NCBI GenBank assembly: GCA_012295275.1
Contig: CM022671.1
Span: 930,001-994,000 of the forward strand
Direction: 5' to 3'
DNA length: 64,000 nt
Source: Chrysomallon squamiferum
Taxonomy: Eukaryota; Animalia; Mollusca
A program made the translations under genes and the position numbers. Below are positions 1 to 14,019 of this stretch, one piece after another. Under the pieces are notes generated by a model. The model did not search any database and was not told the origin of the DNA. It saw only the letters and a list, made by a program, of their open reading frames with translations. Each line of letters begins with the position of its first letter. The first letter of the stretch is position 1.

Positions 1-105
1 ATTATTTAACTGATAGTAACAAAACTTAAAACCTTAAAAAGAAGTGTCAAATTATAAAAATTATATTTTTGAAATATAAACAAAAGTTTCTAAAAATTAT
101 CTTAC

Positions 106-3100
106 ACATGGCCAATGTATTTTTCATGATGTGCTTTGTTTCCTGCATAAACGTGTCCAACCAACGGTGGACTGTTATCTATGATCAGCCCATCAGAAGA
201 TCTGATGGTACAAAGTCCACCTTTGTTACACGCTTCCACTACTGCAAAATACTTCCTTCCTGGGATCAATGGCCTGATCCATGTGAAATCTGGATGTGTA
301 AAATACATACACTGTTATTGCCATTACTACAACCACTACAACAACAACAACTGCTACAATTACTACTACTGCTTCTAGTTATAGTATTAGTATTGCTGAT
401 GAAGTTGCTATTTTTATAATTCTATGTACACTATTATTGTTATGTTTGTTGTCTATTTTAATTAGTGTATCATAATTACTCTGAACTAAAAATCATAAAT
501 TTAAATTAAATTGTAATGACAGGAACACATACTTCTGCGCAGACCAACAGAAACCAGAGCTTCAACATTGGCATCTTGTTTCTGAAAGCCAAGTCCTACT
601 TTGTAGTTGATAACACCTGAATGAATGTCCTTGAACCCTGACCAGCTACAGTGATAGGTTGTTGTATTCACCTGATAGTCAACATCCTGAAACGAAACAA
701 TATTTTCTTTTTTCTTTTATCTTGAATATTATGCTTGTGTTTAACTCAATAATTAAAAAATATATATAGTTACTAGAAATAATGAATGATAAACATAAAA
801 CAATTGTAATCTGATCTATTTATAATGCCTACTGTAACATATTTTAACATTTTAATGCATTGTTGCAAATAAAAAAATAATTATATTTCAGTTGAAATAA
901 AAATTTGGTGATATCAGAAACACACTGTAAATATTTTGCACCTTTCCGTCTTCTTGGCCATCTCTAACAACTCCAGGATCAGGTGGAGATGTATCAAAAA
1001 GAAATGGTGCTGTATGCTGTATTGTTGATAATCCTGCTTTGTTGGTCACCTGAAAATAATAATTAAAAAACAAAGAAATCAAATAGATCGGTCTTGAATT
1101 CACTTGTCCATCCTGAATAAAGTGAAATGACTGGGTTTATATTTCATCTAGTTATAGCTGATCTCTAAACCGAGTCAAAGAAAAAAGAAACAATTATTCT
1201 CGTGACATGTAGTGATATAAAATAAATTATTAAAAATGATAAATTGTACATTGTGTACTGAAAATCTGAAATAATTAAAGCTCATTCTGACAAACAGATC
1301 CTTGCATGAACATAATTAGTAAATTACTTCATAGCCAACCTCAAACCTAACTCTGTACCACTGTCCATCCACCAATCCTTCTGCCTTGAATTCAGCAAAA
1401 TTATCTGTGTATTTTTTCACCATGACGAAACTGAATTTATGATTAAGTGACTCAACAGCCAGCCTGACTGCAGATAAGCCACTCTGAGAATCTTCAAAAC
1501 CATGCCAGTGTATTTTAAGTTTCCGGTTTGTAAGAGCATGTTGACCGATTCGAAGACCTTCTATTGTGAGATCTCCACGTTTGGGTGGTGTTGTATCTAG
1601 CACTGTTCCCTTGGAAACAGCTGTAGTCACATGTCCCAGATAATCATAAGCTGTCCAACCAAAATACAATTTAGTTAAAGAATTTAATATTTGTGTAATA
1701 AATTAAAACAAAATGTTTACAAAATTGCAATGACATGATTATTTTACTTTTACATATTATTTTTATATATTTAAATTTAAATTAAGAATAAATATATATA
1801 AAATAATGTTTGTCATATATTTTAACTGGATTTTACATTTTTCTAATTAAAAAATGGTAAAGTGATATGATTTTAATTAATATAATTCTTCTTAACATTT
1901 TTTCATTTATTTTTTATTATTATTATTTTCTCAAAGAAACATGGTTATATTTCACTTGTGATTATTTTAAGTAACCAACCTTTAACAGTGGCATAATAGG
2001 TTTGTCCATTATTAAGTGTAAGATTCGACATGTATCCAGTAGTTGCCATGCCAACACTATGGAAAGGAATGACATCTCCAGAGTTTGGGACACTTCCTGT
2101 GGATGTGAGATTTTAAATATGACAAAAAATAATTTCTTTTTTAAAACAAAACCTCAAGCACCATTGATTAGAGATATTCAGACATGTTACAATTCTTACA
2201 AACGTGTGAACAAAAAATAATAAATACCACAAATTGCAAATGAGATAAAACTTGTAAACAAAACACAATAAAATACATTACAGAAATTCCTCCACCACAT
2301 ATTAACTTTTAATTAGAAATTAATTAGAAATATGCTTAAAATGAAAAATAAATATGTCTTACCAAGACCTAAAGCATAACCTGCAATACCAGATTCTGAT
2401 GGTATTTTGACATATTTCTCAATATCAGAGAAACCATTCCATGCAACAGTCAGTGTAGTTTTATCAGTTATAAAACCATTGCTTTGTCCAGCAACAACAA
2501 CATGTCCTGGTTCTGGTGGATCATCGTCTACAACAAAACCATTGCTGCATCCAGAAAATGATTCCAGGTTTTCTGTGGAAAATTCTCTGTTGACCACTGA
2601 TGATTTGACTTGACCACAAATAAAATAAGTTTACGATTTTGTAAATAGACTTTTCTGAAGCTGACCACACCACCAACAGTTTGAATAGTAGAGATGCATC
2701 TACTGTCAGCAGAGCAGTCATCAGGAATTGTTTTATTTGTCATCAAGTACCAAGTCACATTTCTGTTGGCAGTATTTGTGAGAACTCCTCCAATCAGAGT
2801 GTCTGTAGTTACAAAATTGACTTCCTTTGTATGTAAAAATTCCAGACTTGCTGTATCAAGATGTTGACTTTTAATCAGATTTGAAGCTTTTTCAATATTA
2901 ACATCATTTGTATTAATATCATATAGGACGTGACTGTCATAGTCATGAATGTTTTGGGCTAAAGTAACTGACTGACAAACTGTATCAGAAAAGGAAGATG
3001 AACAGAAAACGTTTGCACACAAGAACATTTGTTGGTAACCATGGACAAACATAGGAATGCAAGTTTTGTGCTGAAAATAGAAGTCATGATAAAAAAATTA

Positions 3101-6100
3101 TTAAACATTTCACAATATGAATGTTTTACACATTAAATGTTAAAAACAAATCTTTAATCAGTATAACATTATAGACAGAAATATGAAACTAATGCTATGT
3201 TATTACAATAACTTACAGTAAATGAAATATAAACACTAAAATATTTCCATTTAAAAAATCTGGTGATGATAAAAATTTAAAATACTATGAATACAAAATC
3301 ATTAAGATGAACATGCATATGGAACAAAACACTTGTTCTAAAAATTTGCCAACAATCTCACCATCACTGCAGTTTGTAGAAACCCTTGTTCTGTGTTAAC
3401 TGGTGTTACTGGATTCTGTCCACTTTGCTGTTTGGCAATGTACCACTGTAATATTCCCAAAGTATCATTAGTTTGACATACAGCATCCACCTTTACAGAC
3501 ACTTGTGTACAGCTTGCAGTCTCAGCCAGTATTGATGCATCAACATCAACAATCCTTGGTTTCTTCACAACAAAAACTCCATTTGATGATTTTCTGTTAA
3601 GACAGGTTTTTTCAAAACAAGGTTGAACGTTGGCCTTTATCAAAGTGTTTTGAGGGTAAAGAGAGTGTGTTCCACATGTAATTTCTTCTTGTAGCATGGA
3701 CTACTGTACTGACTATTTCACTAGTACAGTTATCCGAGGTATTTCTGCATGCATTTTCATCAAGAGATATTACAAAATGAGTTATATATGGTTCCACTAA
3801 ACCTTTTACATCCCAGTGCATTGAATACTGAAAATCAGAAGCCTGAAAGTCAAGGTCATTTACACACTGCTTCAGAAAGCCTTCAATGGAAACGGTATTA
3901 GAGACTGGAGGTTGTAACAAGAATTCTGCATCTGATTCAGTTGGTAGAAATGATAACGAGTGACTGTTGGTGACATCATTTCTTAAAATGACTGCACTGT
4001 GTGATGAAACTGTGGATTTAACAAGATGAGGCCAGCCTTTGTTTAGAAACAATGTGTGTTCCATTCCAACAACAAGCTGAGTCAGTTTAAAACCATACAG
4101 TTTGTTGTATTTTATTAGAGGAAAGAGTTGTTCATTTGCTTTGGTTTCATTGTTACATCCTTGTCCATCATATACATCAATAAGATAATCTTCATCTTTG
4201 TCAGCTATGATCATAAAACCATCAGATGAAGACACTGTTGTTCCTCCAGAACTTTGAGCTTTGATGGAAGCATAATATTTCTTGTTTGTTTTCAGTCCAG
4301 TGGAATTTACACAAACAGGATTTTGATTTGTCTTGATGAAATGAAAGACATCATCTTGGTACGGCTGTTTTCCTATTCCAACATAAAAAGTAACATTCTG
4401 ATGATGGAAGAAACCTTCCCAGGACAAACATGACTGGTGAAAAGCTGTATGAAAATCAACATCGTTTAGTGTGTCTGGATTCTGAGGATCCACATCAAAG
4501 ATTGTAGCATTTCCAGGTGGAAGCCTGGAAGGAAGTTTAATGGTTTCTGTTTTCACCACTGTAAAGTGACCAGCAGTGTTGTAGACATAAAGTTCAAAAT
4601 AAAAAGGAAGATTTTGTGTCATGTCATCTTTGTGCAGTTTCTTTAGTGGATATTCAACACATCCAGAAAATCCATCCATTTGACATTTCTGTAAAACATG
4701 TCTTGGTGTTTGGAGAATGGGAGTGAGGTATTCATCATTTACACCTAGAAATAAATTAAATATTACAGTATTTACCAATAGCAATACAAATTTAATACTG
4801 GCTTTATGACGTACAAATGGAAAATGTAAGGAAAACATTCACAGTATTAAGTATATTTGATCTAGAAACCTTCTACAAATGTATATGTGCATTCTAAAAG
4901 GTTTATTTAACTTTAATGAGAACATCTTTAGGAACAAATATAAAAGTATTTAATACCTTAAAATAGAAACATTATAATAAGTACTTCATTATATGAAACT
5001 ACTTCTCATAATATAACATACCAATTCTGAAGAGCACTGTAAAGTTGTTGCCTGATTCTTCATGATCTTTAATGCTGCTGTTTGTCCAAGTAACTATCAT
5101 CTTGTTATTTCTTACTGTGGGCTGCAACTTTTCTGTTATTTGTGGTGGTGTTTCATCTATCATGACAGGTCCAAGTACAACATCTGATGTCAAACCAGCT
5201 TTGTTTATAATCCTCATGAAGATGTAAAATAAAGAAGTTGTTGTAAAACCAGAATGCAGAAGATGAAAAAATTCTTTTCCATGTGTTGATTGATAAGATC
5301 TCACTGAAGGAGCATTGACCTGAGACTTGTCATCACCAACACCGACAAGATAATCTCTGATCTGACTTTGTGACTCGTTAGTCTTCCACTGCAGGTAAAT
5401 TTTGTCTGAAGGAAGATAAATAACAGACTCGTTATTCAGTACTGATAAAGTGGAACACAAGTTTTCTGAAGTGTCATTGTCTTTTATTAGAGTTTCTGTA
5501 GGTAAAGCATTGATGTAACCAAGACTTTCCTGATTTCTGCATTTCTTTTGACAAGAAGGCATCTGCTGTAATTCTGTTAAAGTCATATTTTTATCAACAT
5601 ACAAAGCTCTACCGTCTCTACACCAGAGACCTCTGTTTATGTGTCCATTCTTCATCTGAATGTCTCTTATCATAGGAGCTGTGGTATCTTTTGTGATTCC
5701 ATCAGAGCAGACAACATTGGAGGGTTCCATGGCATTGTTATATGCAACTACAGAAGAGAAAAACAGTCCACTATCTGGAAATTTTATTTTAATCTGTGGA
5801 TCAAATGTCTTGTAGATGGTAGATGTGTTAGTATCATATTTTGTAAGTTCTTCAAAAGTCAGACATTGTTTTGCTAATGCCACAAGATAAAATCTGATTC
5901 CACTTTCATGATCAATGAAGCCGTGCATGTTGATGTTGATGTAGTCTTCACTTGTGTAATCAATGTCTGGTCCGTCTGGTGAACCTTCACGTACAACACC
6001 TGCAACAGGTGGTGATGCATCTACGAGGATATCTAGATGATACACAGACTTCAACATGGCCTCATTAGTTGCTATCAGTGTGAAGTAATATTCCCTGTTG

Positions 6101-9100
6101 TGTTTTCCTGTGTTTGTGTTTTTCTGGATCAAACTGTTCAGTTTTACAGTGTAGTTGAAATAGGCACATGGACCAACTGCTGGACAATAGCAGTGCTGAT
6201 CTGATTTGCATTTGTTCTGAAAAAAAACAAAAAAATAATATACCCAAAAGAAAATTTGATTAAAGCAGAAACTGAGAGAGGATTTAAAATAATATTTAAT
6301 TCATAAGCTAAACCAGATGAATTTATCAAATAATTTCCTGTCCTATTTATATTAGAGCATATCTGCTCGAATTTTGATAAAAAGAAAATGCAATCTGACA
6401 GTTTTATTGTTTGTTATATTTATATACATCGTCAAAATTACTTTAGGTACATCTTTAATAACAGGCAATGCTCCTTGTCCAATTTCAGTTTTGTTCTGTT
6501 GAGTTCCCAGAAACCATTCTATTGTTCTGATACCACTGTGTGGATCTTTAGCTTCAAACTGCAGCAACATATGTGACAGGTCTGTACTGTGGTGGACATA
6601 CAACCCATTGTTACCTTTCCTGACAAGCCACATGTTTTTAACATCAGGAACTGTTCTGTCTATGTGCACTGTCACATTTTCACTCAGTCTGTTTTCCATG
6701 ACATCTTCAGCTGTGATGATAAACGTGTATGTGTCACCATCTGACAAACTCAGATTCAAACAGACTGATTGATTCTGAAAGTCACTAACATACTTCTGTG
6801 GAGAGAATGGACCATGGTTTAAGGAATAGGAGTATAAGAATCCCGTCAAACCATGTATATTCCTGGTTCCATTTACAGGAAGTTTGCCAGTAAGTTGATC
6901 ATACACTCCAGTGATTGCATTGTTGACATCAGGTCTGATAGGAGCTACCAAATTGTTTTTAATGTAGTAAGAATTATAATATCTGTTTTTCCAATTCACA
7001 CAAACTGATCTGTGATTCACCTGCCATGTGTAGTTTGTCACTTTAGATGATGATGACACAAGCAGAGGATTTCTTGTGTTAGTTTTAATAGTTGAGTTAT
7101 TATCAAACAGAACAAATCGTCTGGCAAATTTCACATTGCCAGCATTGTCATGAACTTCAAGCATGACACAGTATAAAGCAGGTGATTTTGGAAGAACAAA
7201 AGTTATATTCTTCTTTAAGTTTCCAAATTCTTCTTTAAGAGGAGGATTCAGACTTCCTTTGTCAACTTCTAACACTGATCCCATTTGTTTGACATCATGT
7301 ATCTCTATAACAAACTTTTTAATACCAGATGCATGTTTTGGTGAAGCACTTTTTGGCCAAGGATCTTTCCAACCATCTCCAAGTAAAACTGTGATGTTTC
7401 CTGTTTTAGTAATTCTTTTATCAAGTCCAGTTAGTGTTTTGTTACATGGTGCTGTCTTATCAGATAAACAGTGTACTGGTTTCTTATTGTCATATTTAAC
7501 ACACAAAGTCTTTGTCTTAGTCTGGGGAGTGAATTCTTCAAATCCTTTAGAAGTCATTCCAAAATCAAAATACTGGAAGAAACCTCCTGATGATATTTCA
7601 TACATGATACACAACCTGAAAACAAGTAGATTAACTTCATCCTTCATTTTATGTTGTTGTACATTTACTCAAAAACAATATTCATCTTTGCTAGAAAATA
7701 TTTTTTTCTTAGTGTTATCATCTACATATCTGCTTCTACATTTGTTATCTCTTATTATGATTCAGTTTTACATTATACAGAAATGATTTAATATTTGTGA
7801 TGGGTTTCAAACTAGCTGTAATCCCTTACATCCTAATTATTATATATTAAAGAAATATTATTTTCTATTTTAAATTTCATATCAGTGTATATAAATGTTA
7901 GAAAGAGATTAAGATTTTTGATCATTACAAAATCAGAAAAGAAATTAGAACATAACATTACAAAATTTAAATAAAGTGTTTTTACCTTTGTCCATTTTGT
8001 AAACTCTGGTTTACACTCAAAGACATGTCACAGTTCATGCTTGGAGAAGGTTTTCTGTTGTTTATTCTAACATTGCAGTTTCCACCTCCTTTCAGTGATA
8101 TCCTCTGTAACTGATGATGTTGACCTGAAATATTTGACATATCTAATATTTTTTAGATTATGTTTAAAAACTGGTAAATACCTATAAAATGAAATGAGCA
8201 ATTCATTAAATTTCAGGAAAAATAATGCTAACTGAATAAACAATTGATATTTAGTAACATCTGAAATATTTTAATATTAACAATAACTCATAAATTTCTT
8301 GATTAATTCTGATTTGACATGGAAAAGAATGGAAAAGAGCCCAACACTAAGTTGAACTGTTTATCTAAAATATCATGTCTCTATCTGTATTTTCATCTCA
8401 GAGTGGAATCTAATTATGTGACTTACCATTAAGTAATTCCACAAACACTCTGACTGTTCCACTCACAATCCCAGTACTGGTTGATGTATCCTTGATGTAG
8501 ACTGGAAATGGTTTACTTTGATTTATTTTGTTTATGAAGGTTGCATAAACAGTAAAATTGAGAAGCTTGTTGGGCTGAATGTTGGAGTAGCTGCTGCTTT
8601 CATGTTCACAGTCAGTAATGTTTCCTGAAGTTGATGTCACAGTCTGACCAGATTTGTCTTCCACTGACATTCTACATGTCATCAAATCTGGAAGTGCTGT
8701 CACTGAAATTATAAATAAACATAAAATGTGGATCATAATATACATTTTGTTAATTATTTATTGAACAAATATTTTCTTTCCATAAAATCTGTGTTTTTTT
8801 TAATTGTCATTACACCAGTTTCACATATAAAAAATAAATAAATAGATACAAGTAAATAAATGCATGCATACATATATAACATATAACAATTCATGGCAGC
8901 ATGTGTGTGTGTGTGTGTGTGAAGATTTTCTCATGAACCATGAACTTAAGCAATGAAAAATATTTGATATTTAAACTCACAGTCACATTTGGTGAAAGCT
9001 GAAGATTCCACTTTCCTGAAACCTTTACGACATTTGCAAGATGAAGATAACTGATTTGAACAGTCTCCAGGCCAACACCATCTTTTATTCCAAGAACACG

Positions 9101-12100
9101 TGGCTATAAATCAGAGGAATAAACAGTACATTAAAAAATAAATAAAGAAACAACTTAAACATACACAACCTATATTTAAGTACATCCATCCATCCATACA
9201 TACCTATGTACAAATACACACACACACTCACACCCACACACACACACACACTGACACTCACACACACACACACAAACACACACTCTCACACATACATACA
9301 CATACACCTATATACATACACACACAAACAAGCATACATACATATGTAAATCCATACATTCAAACACAGATGGAATATTTTGTTTTACTTCAGAGATAAT
9401 GAAGTACGTTATGATATAAAAAATACACTAATCAGAACAATTTGCAGTCAAAGCACACATTTTTAATCTTTATATCTTTGTTCTACAAACATACATTCAT
9501 ACATTCAATATAAATATTAGCACAGATGACATTCAAATATATAAGCACAATTTTGTTTTCAAAAGTGGTTAAAAAGAACATAATATTAATAAATTAATTA
9601 ATTAATTGTATTAAAACAATATAAACTATTTTGGAGTAATCTGTAATGTACATTTGATCAAACAGGATATTTAAAACTCAGACAGTTACTTGAGCATGTT
9701 TTGCTGTGCTGAGTTGGCAAGTATAAGGAATGTTTGACATAAGAACCGTGACCTTCACAAAGTTCACAGGTTACATCTTGTGGTGAGCTGCATTTTTCTT
9801 TCTGACAGTGGTCTAAGCTGGGACACCCTGAAATATTAAAATTTTCATTTAAAATAACTGAGTAACCTATGTGATAAAAAAGATACAACAGTGAAGTAAG
9901 CAGAATAAGATATTTAGAAATTATTAACAGTTGTTTAGTGCAAAAGAAAACATTTATATCAAACTGAGTCAGGACCATCATATTTGCACAATTTATTAAA
10001 CTTACATTAAAAAAAGCGAAGAACCTGTTTCTGAAATTGATGAAAATGGTTCAGTATATATTTTATAATGCTGAACTGATGTGATCATGAAATTTTATTA
10101 CAAAATTACTTATAGTAATGTACGTTACACTTATTATTAATTTTAAATGTTTTTAGTTTTCATATTGGAATCCTTACTGAGCTTGATAATAAAGATTACC
10201 TACATTTCAGAACATGTAATAATTAAACTAATTCTTGTGTTATTTCAGTTGATGACTCACGTTTACAAGATGAGGATTCTAGGTAGTATCCTGACTGACA
10301 GACTTCACACTTCAAGTCATGTGCTGACTTGCATTGCTTTGGTGTCTGGCAGTGATCCACATGTGGGCATTCTGAAAATTTAAATAATATTGAATTAAAG
10401 CTGGTGTCAGAGTTAGTCTTATTATTCTTTTCTTTTTTTATATAAATATTTTTGACAACTTCAGCAATAAAATCATCAACAGAAGTCACAACAAACAGAT
10501 CAATGGATCAAGTCTTTCTAGTGGACAGACTTGGTTATTTCCTCTCCTCTTTCTATGACTTGTTTATCAAATGCAGTGGGTATGTGTTTTCCTGTTTTTG
10601 AGAAGGTGTACATCATGAGATATCTGACTGCTAATTAGTAATGATGATTTCTTCTCTCAAATAATCATTATATAACAATCGTATAAACAAAACTTAATTA
10701 TTTTTAATATTAATGCTCATCCATTCAACAAGAACGACAATGATAACAGATTTCCATTTTAGAATTTATACATAAATTCGGGAATATTCCTTTTATCACT
10801 CAGGATAGAAAAATATGTATTTTCCATTTTATACTGAGAATAATTTAATTCTTTTAATGCAAAAATGGAAATAATATATAAATCTAATTTGCCCCTCAAG
10901 TATGCACTATTTACTGGAATAAAACAGAAGGTTTATAAGGATGTATATGACTTTTTCAAATATACCTTAGTATTAATTATGTCTTAAAAAGAAGTAAATT
11001 ATTTCTGTTTAATGCAAATAAATGACATATCACAGTTTCTCCCTTTTTAAGTTTTTTCCACAAACACATACATAATATAACCTTAAAAATTTTTAATACC
11101 ATTATTGTTTGCAGTAGTAAAATTAAAAATACGAATGTTACTTACTTGCACAGTTAGAACCTGCAAGGTAATATCCTTTCTTACAAGAACATGTTCCACC
11201 ATTGTAAGGTTCACAAGTTCCATGGTTGTTACATGCATCACTCTCCTTTCCTCTTCCATTACAGCTGTATTATGAAAAATGTAATAACAGTAAGTTTTAA
11301 TAGATAATTAACAAAAACAAATCAACAGATGAATGATAAATAATCTGTTCAAATAGAAAATCAAGTTAAAAATTAAGTTTCATGTCTCATACAGAATGAA
11401 GATAATAAATCCAAATACCAGAAATTAAAAAAATAATAATAATAATTGTAGTAATAATAATTAAACAAAAAGAAAATGAATACAACTTACCAGATAAGCT
11501 AGACTTACCAGCTTCAATCTCTCTGTTACTGATCCAGCAAGAACATGGAAACTTGTAATGTTCAGAACCTTTTCTTACTTCAACCTGGAATTTAAAATAT
11601 ATTTAAAAACCGTTAAACACAGGAACAAGAAATGGTGAAATTGAAAAATAAATAAATAACAGTAAAATAAAAAATAAATAATTTATTTAATATGTATGTG
11701 TTCTGTCTTCCAATACAGATTTCTCTTTACAACAGAGAAACGTGATCTACATTTAATTACTATTTTAATATCAAAATCCTTAAGAATGAGGCATATTTAA
11801 TTTATATTTTGTACACTGAATAAATATGGAATACAAATGGTTTTGTAGAAAAACATCAAACAGTAAAATAATATTGTGATTACTTTAATAAGAAAATATA
11901 GATATTACATATGCCAAATACTTACATAATTTACTTTCCATCCAGGTCCTGTTCCATGGCTGTTTCTTTTCAAACCAATTTTCATTATGGGTCCAACATC
12001 AAAATCTGTAACCTGTTTTATACACACATTTAAAATATTATATAAACATTGACAATGCACTGGTACAGGAGGACAAAGTCCAGTCACAACCTCACAAACC

Positions 12101-13763
12101 ACCAGACATCATTGATGAGACTCAAATGTATGACACCCATTTACCTGTACTCCATAGGCAGACGACAACATAAAGCATGCTGTTCTTTGTCTTTCATCAT
12201 TTTTGTGGGAAACCTGCACCTAACACCGTATGTATGTTTGATGTTGTAAATATGTGTGTACATTTGTACATGCATATATTTGTTATGTCTGCATATAAAA
12301 CTATTTTTCTTTACATATACTCATATGATACATTTTCTTTTGTAAATTTGTCACATTTTAGGATAATAAATAAAAAAAAAAAACTTACAGAACTGTGATC
12401 AACATCTCCTCGTTCTTGAGAACCACCAACTTCATGCCATCCACTTTTCCTAGTTGGACCATGGAACTGAATGTATATGTTAGCATCAGTCCCAGAGTAC
12501 CAGTCATCACTTGTTTTGGTGGTGATATGGTATGTTATACCAGCACCTAGAAAATGGTATATACTAAGAAATAATCAACACTGGCAATAACATGATTTTA
12601 AATTATAATTATAAATTATATGTATTTACTTCAACTTTTGGATGATGTGTAAAATTTTGTATACTGTATTTTGTTGTAACAGACATTAGATAATATTGTA
12701 AATAAATTGTTTAGTGACTCATCGCATTCAGTTTATTTATTCTCACACTGGTTTGTTTAATGTAAATTAGACCAGGTAGATGTACCTAGCATTAACAAAT
12801 TCATCAGTATTTCTCACTCTCCCTCAGCCCTTGACAGATATAACATGGAATGTATTTATGTGCATTATTTTGTTTCTGTAACTTGATATCTTACAAATTT
12901 CAAGAACTTTTCTTTCCTCCTTTTTCATTTGGCAAAGCAGAGATTTATAAAGATTTACAAAACATTTTGTAAGTTGCAAAGGAGACTCAGTTAAGATCAT
13001 AAATCAATATTAGATGAAAATTGCTGTTAAACTAAGCTCAATAAATGAATATAGGTTTTATTGAACATTATGTTTGTTTATAAAATGTTGAGGACTAATA
13101 TCTAAGCATTTAAATTTAAATAAGTTTGTTGTATCTGCATATTTATATCAAAAGAAACACATGCAATACATATCAAAGGTAAATTGATACATCTCCTCGC
13201 ACAAACATGATTTGTTCTTGGTCAGTATATGCTAATGATATCCTAATTTCATCTGTAATGACATATGATATGCAACAATTTTAGGAACTGAACACATAAA
13301 AGGCCCAGTTCTGTTCTGATTCCTTATAAAGTCTGATACAATGAAAAGTACCCCTTAATGCTCACATTACTCTAGTCAAAAAAACTACTTTACATAGTGA
13401 CACAAAATTGAAGCCATCTGAAGAAATATAGTCTTTGAAAATTCTTCAAGTCAAAACAAAATAAAACCATTGACTTTAATATTACTGTTTTATTCAACTG
13501 AAGTTCAGCCATTTCATAATGCTTAGCCAAAAAATTAGAGTGTATTCATAAATGTGATTATTATGAATTATTATTATTAAAGTGACTGTTATAGACTACA
13601 TACTGCAGAACAAATAGAAAAGTATTAGACAATAATATCTGTACTGTCACTGGTAGTCTTGTCATTACATAGATTACTTCTACTATTGCTCTTGCTTAAA
13701 CTGCTGCTGCTACCTCTACACTACTGTTAATAAAATAATTACTACTACTACTACTACACTATA

Positions 13764-13832
<69 letters not shown>

Positions 13833-14019
13833 GATAAATAAATGCACATCCCTAGTAATAATAACAATAACTACTAATGGAAACACAATCACTACTACTG
13901 CTGCTGGTACTACCAACTGTTCCTTTAAAATTATAATGATAATAACACTGATGATAAAAATTCTTACCTTGATTTATAAAAGAAACTAATAAAATAAAGA
14001 ATAATATAAAGCAAAACAT
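106..14019 (-). CDS. Gene A: large secreted/surface protein, signal peptide + PLAT/LH2 + EGF/Cys-rich modules + FN3/Ig-like 'DxSPP' repeat array; 3' end lies beyond the left edge; three apparent frame breaks
   Basis: Exons read by hand with GT-AG ends: 14019-13968 (MFCFILFFILLVSFINQ, signal-like), 12546-12389 (ITYHITTKTSDDWYSGTDANIYIQFHG, PLAT start), 12012-11926 (DVGPIMKIGLKRNSHGTGPGWKV), 11584-11509 or -11491 (YKFPCSCW, PLAT end), 11264-11146 (CNNHGTC..CSCKKGYYLAGSNC, EGF), 10371-10261, 9827-9690, 9103-8981, 8702-8427, 8124-7986, 7615-6442, 6216-5022, 4744-3362, 3070-2363, 2096-1980, 1650-1340, 1049-942, 686-533, 289-106. About 2,200 codons lie in the window. Recurrent motifs include DASPPVAG, DTTPP, DTSPPDPG, DNSPP, WHGFEDSQSG, WSGFKDIHSG and SSDG. 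The fold assignment of these repeats is by motif resemblance only. Confidence 0.85.
5882..7200 (-). repeat. Left arm of ~1.3 kb near-identical inverted repeat (inside gene A)
   Basis: Reverse complement aligns almost base for base with 24878-26194, from FVLPKSPALYC to ESGIRxYLV, including the 225-nt intron at 6217-6441. Confidence 0.95.

Noticed and set aside
3654-3656. Programmed ribosomal frameshifting as the explanation for gene A's breaks
   Set aside because: No X_XXY_YYZ slippery heptamer or evident downstream structure is present. Homopolymer indels are the simpler explanation.
7163-7786. 207-aa plus-strand ORF, and similar short ORFs opposite genes A, B and ALG2
   Set aside because: They are antisense shadows of real exons with no recognisable motifs.
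10780-10790. GGGAATATTCC kB-like palindrome in a gene A intron
   Set aside because: A single short motif with no supporting context.
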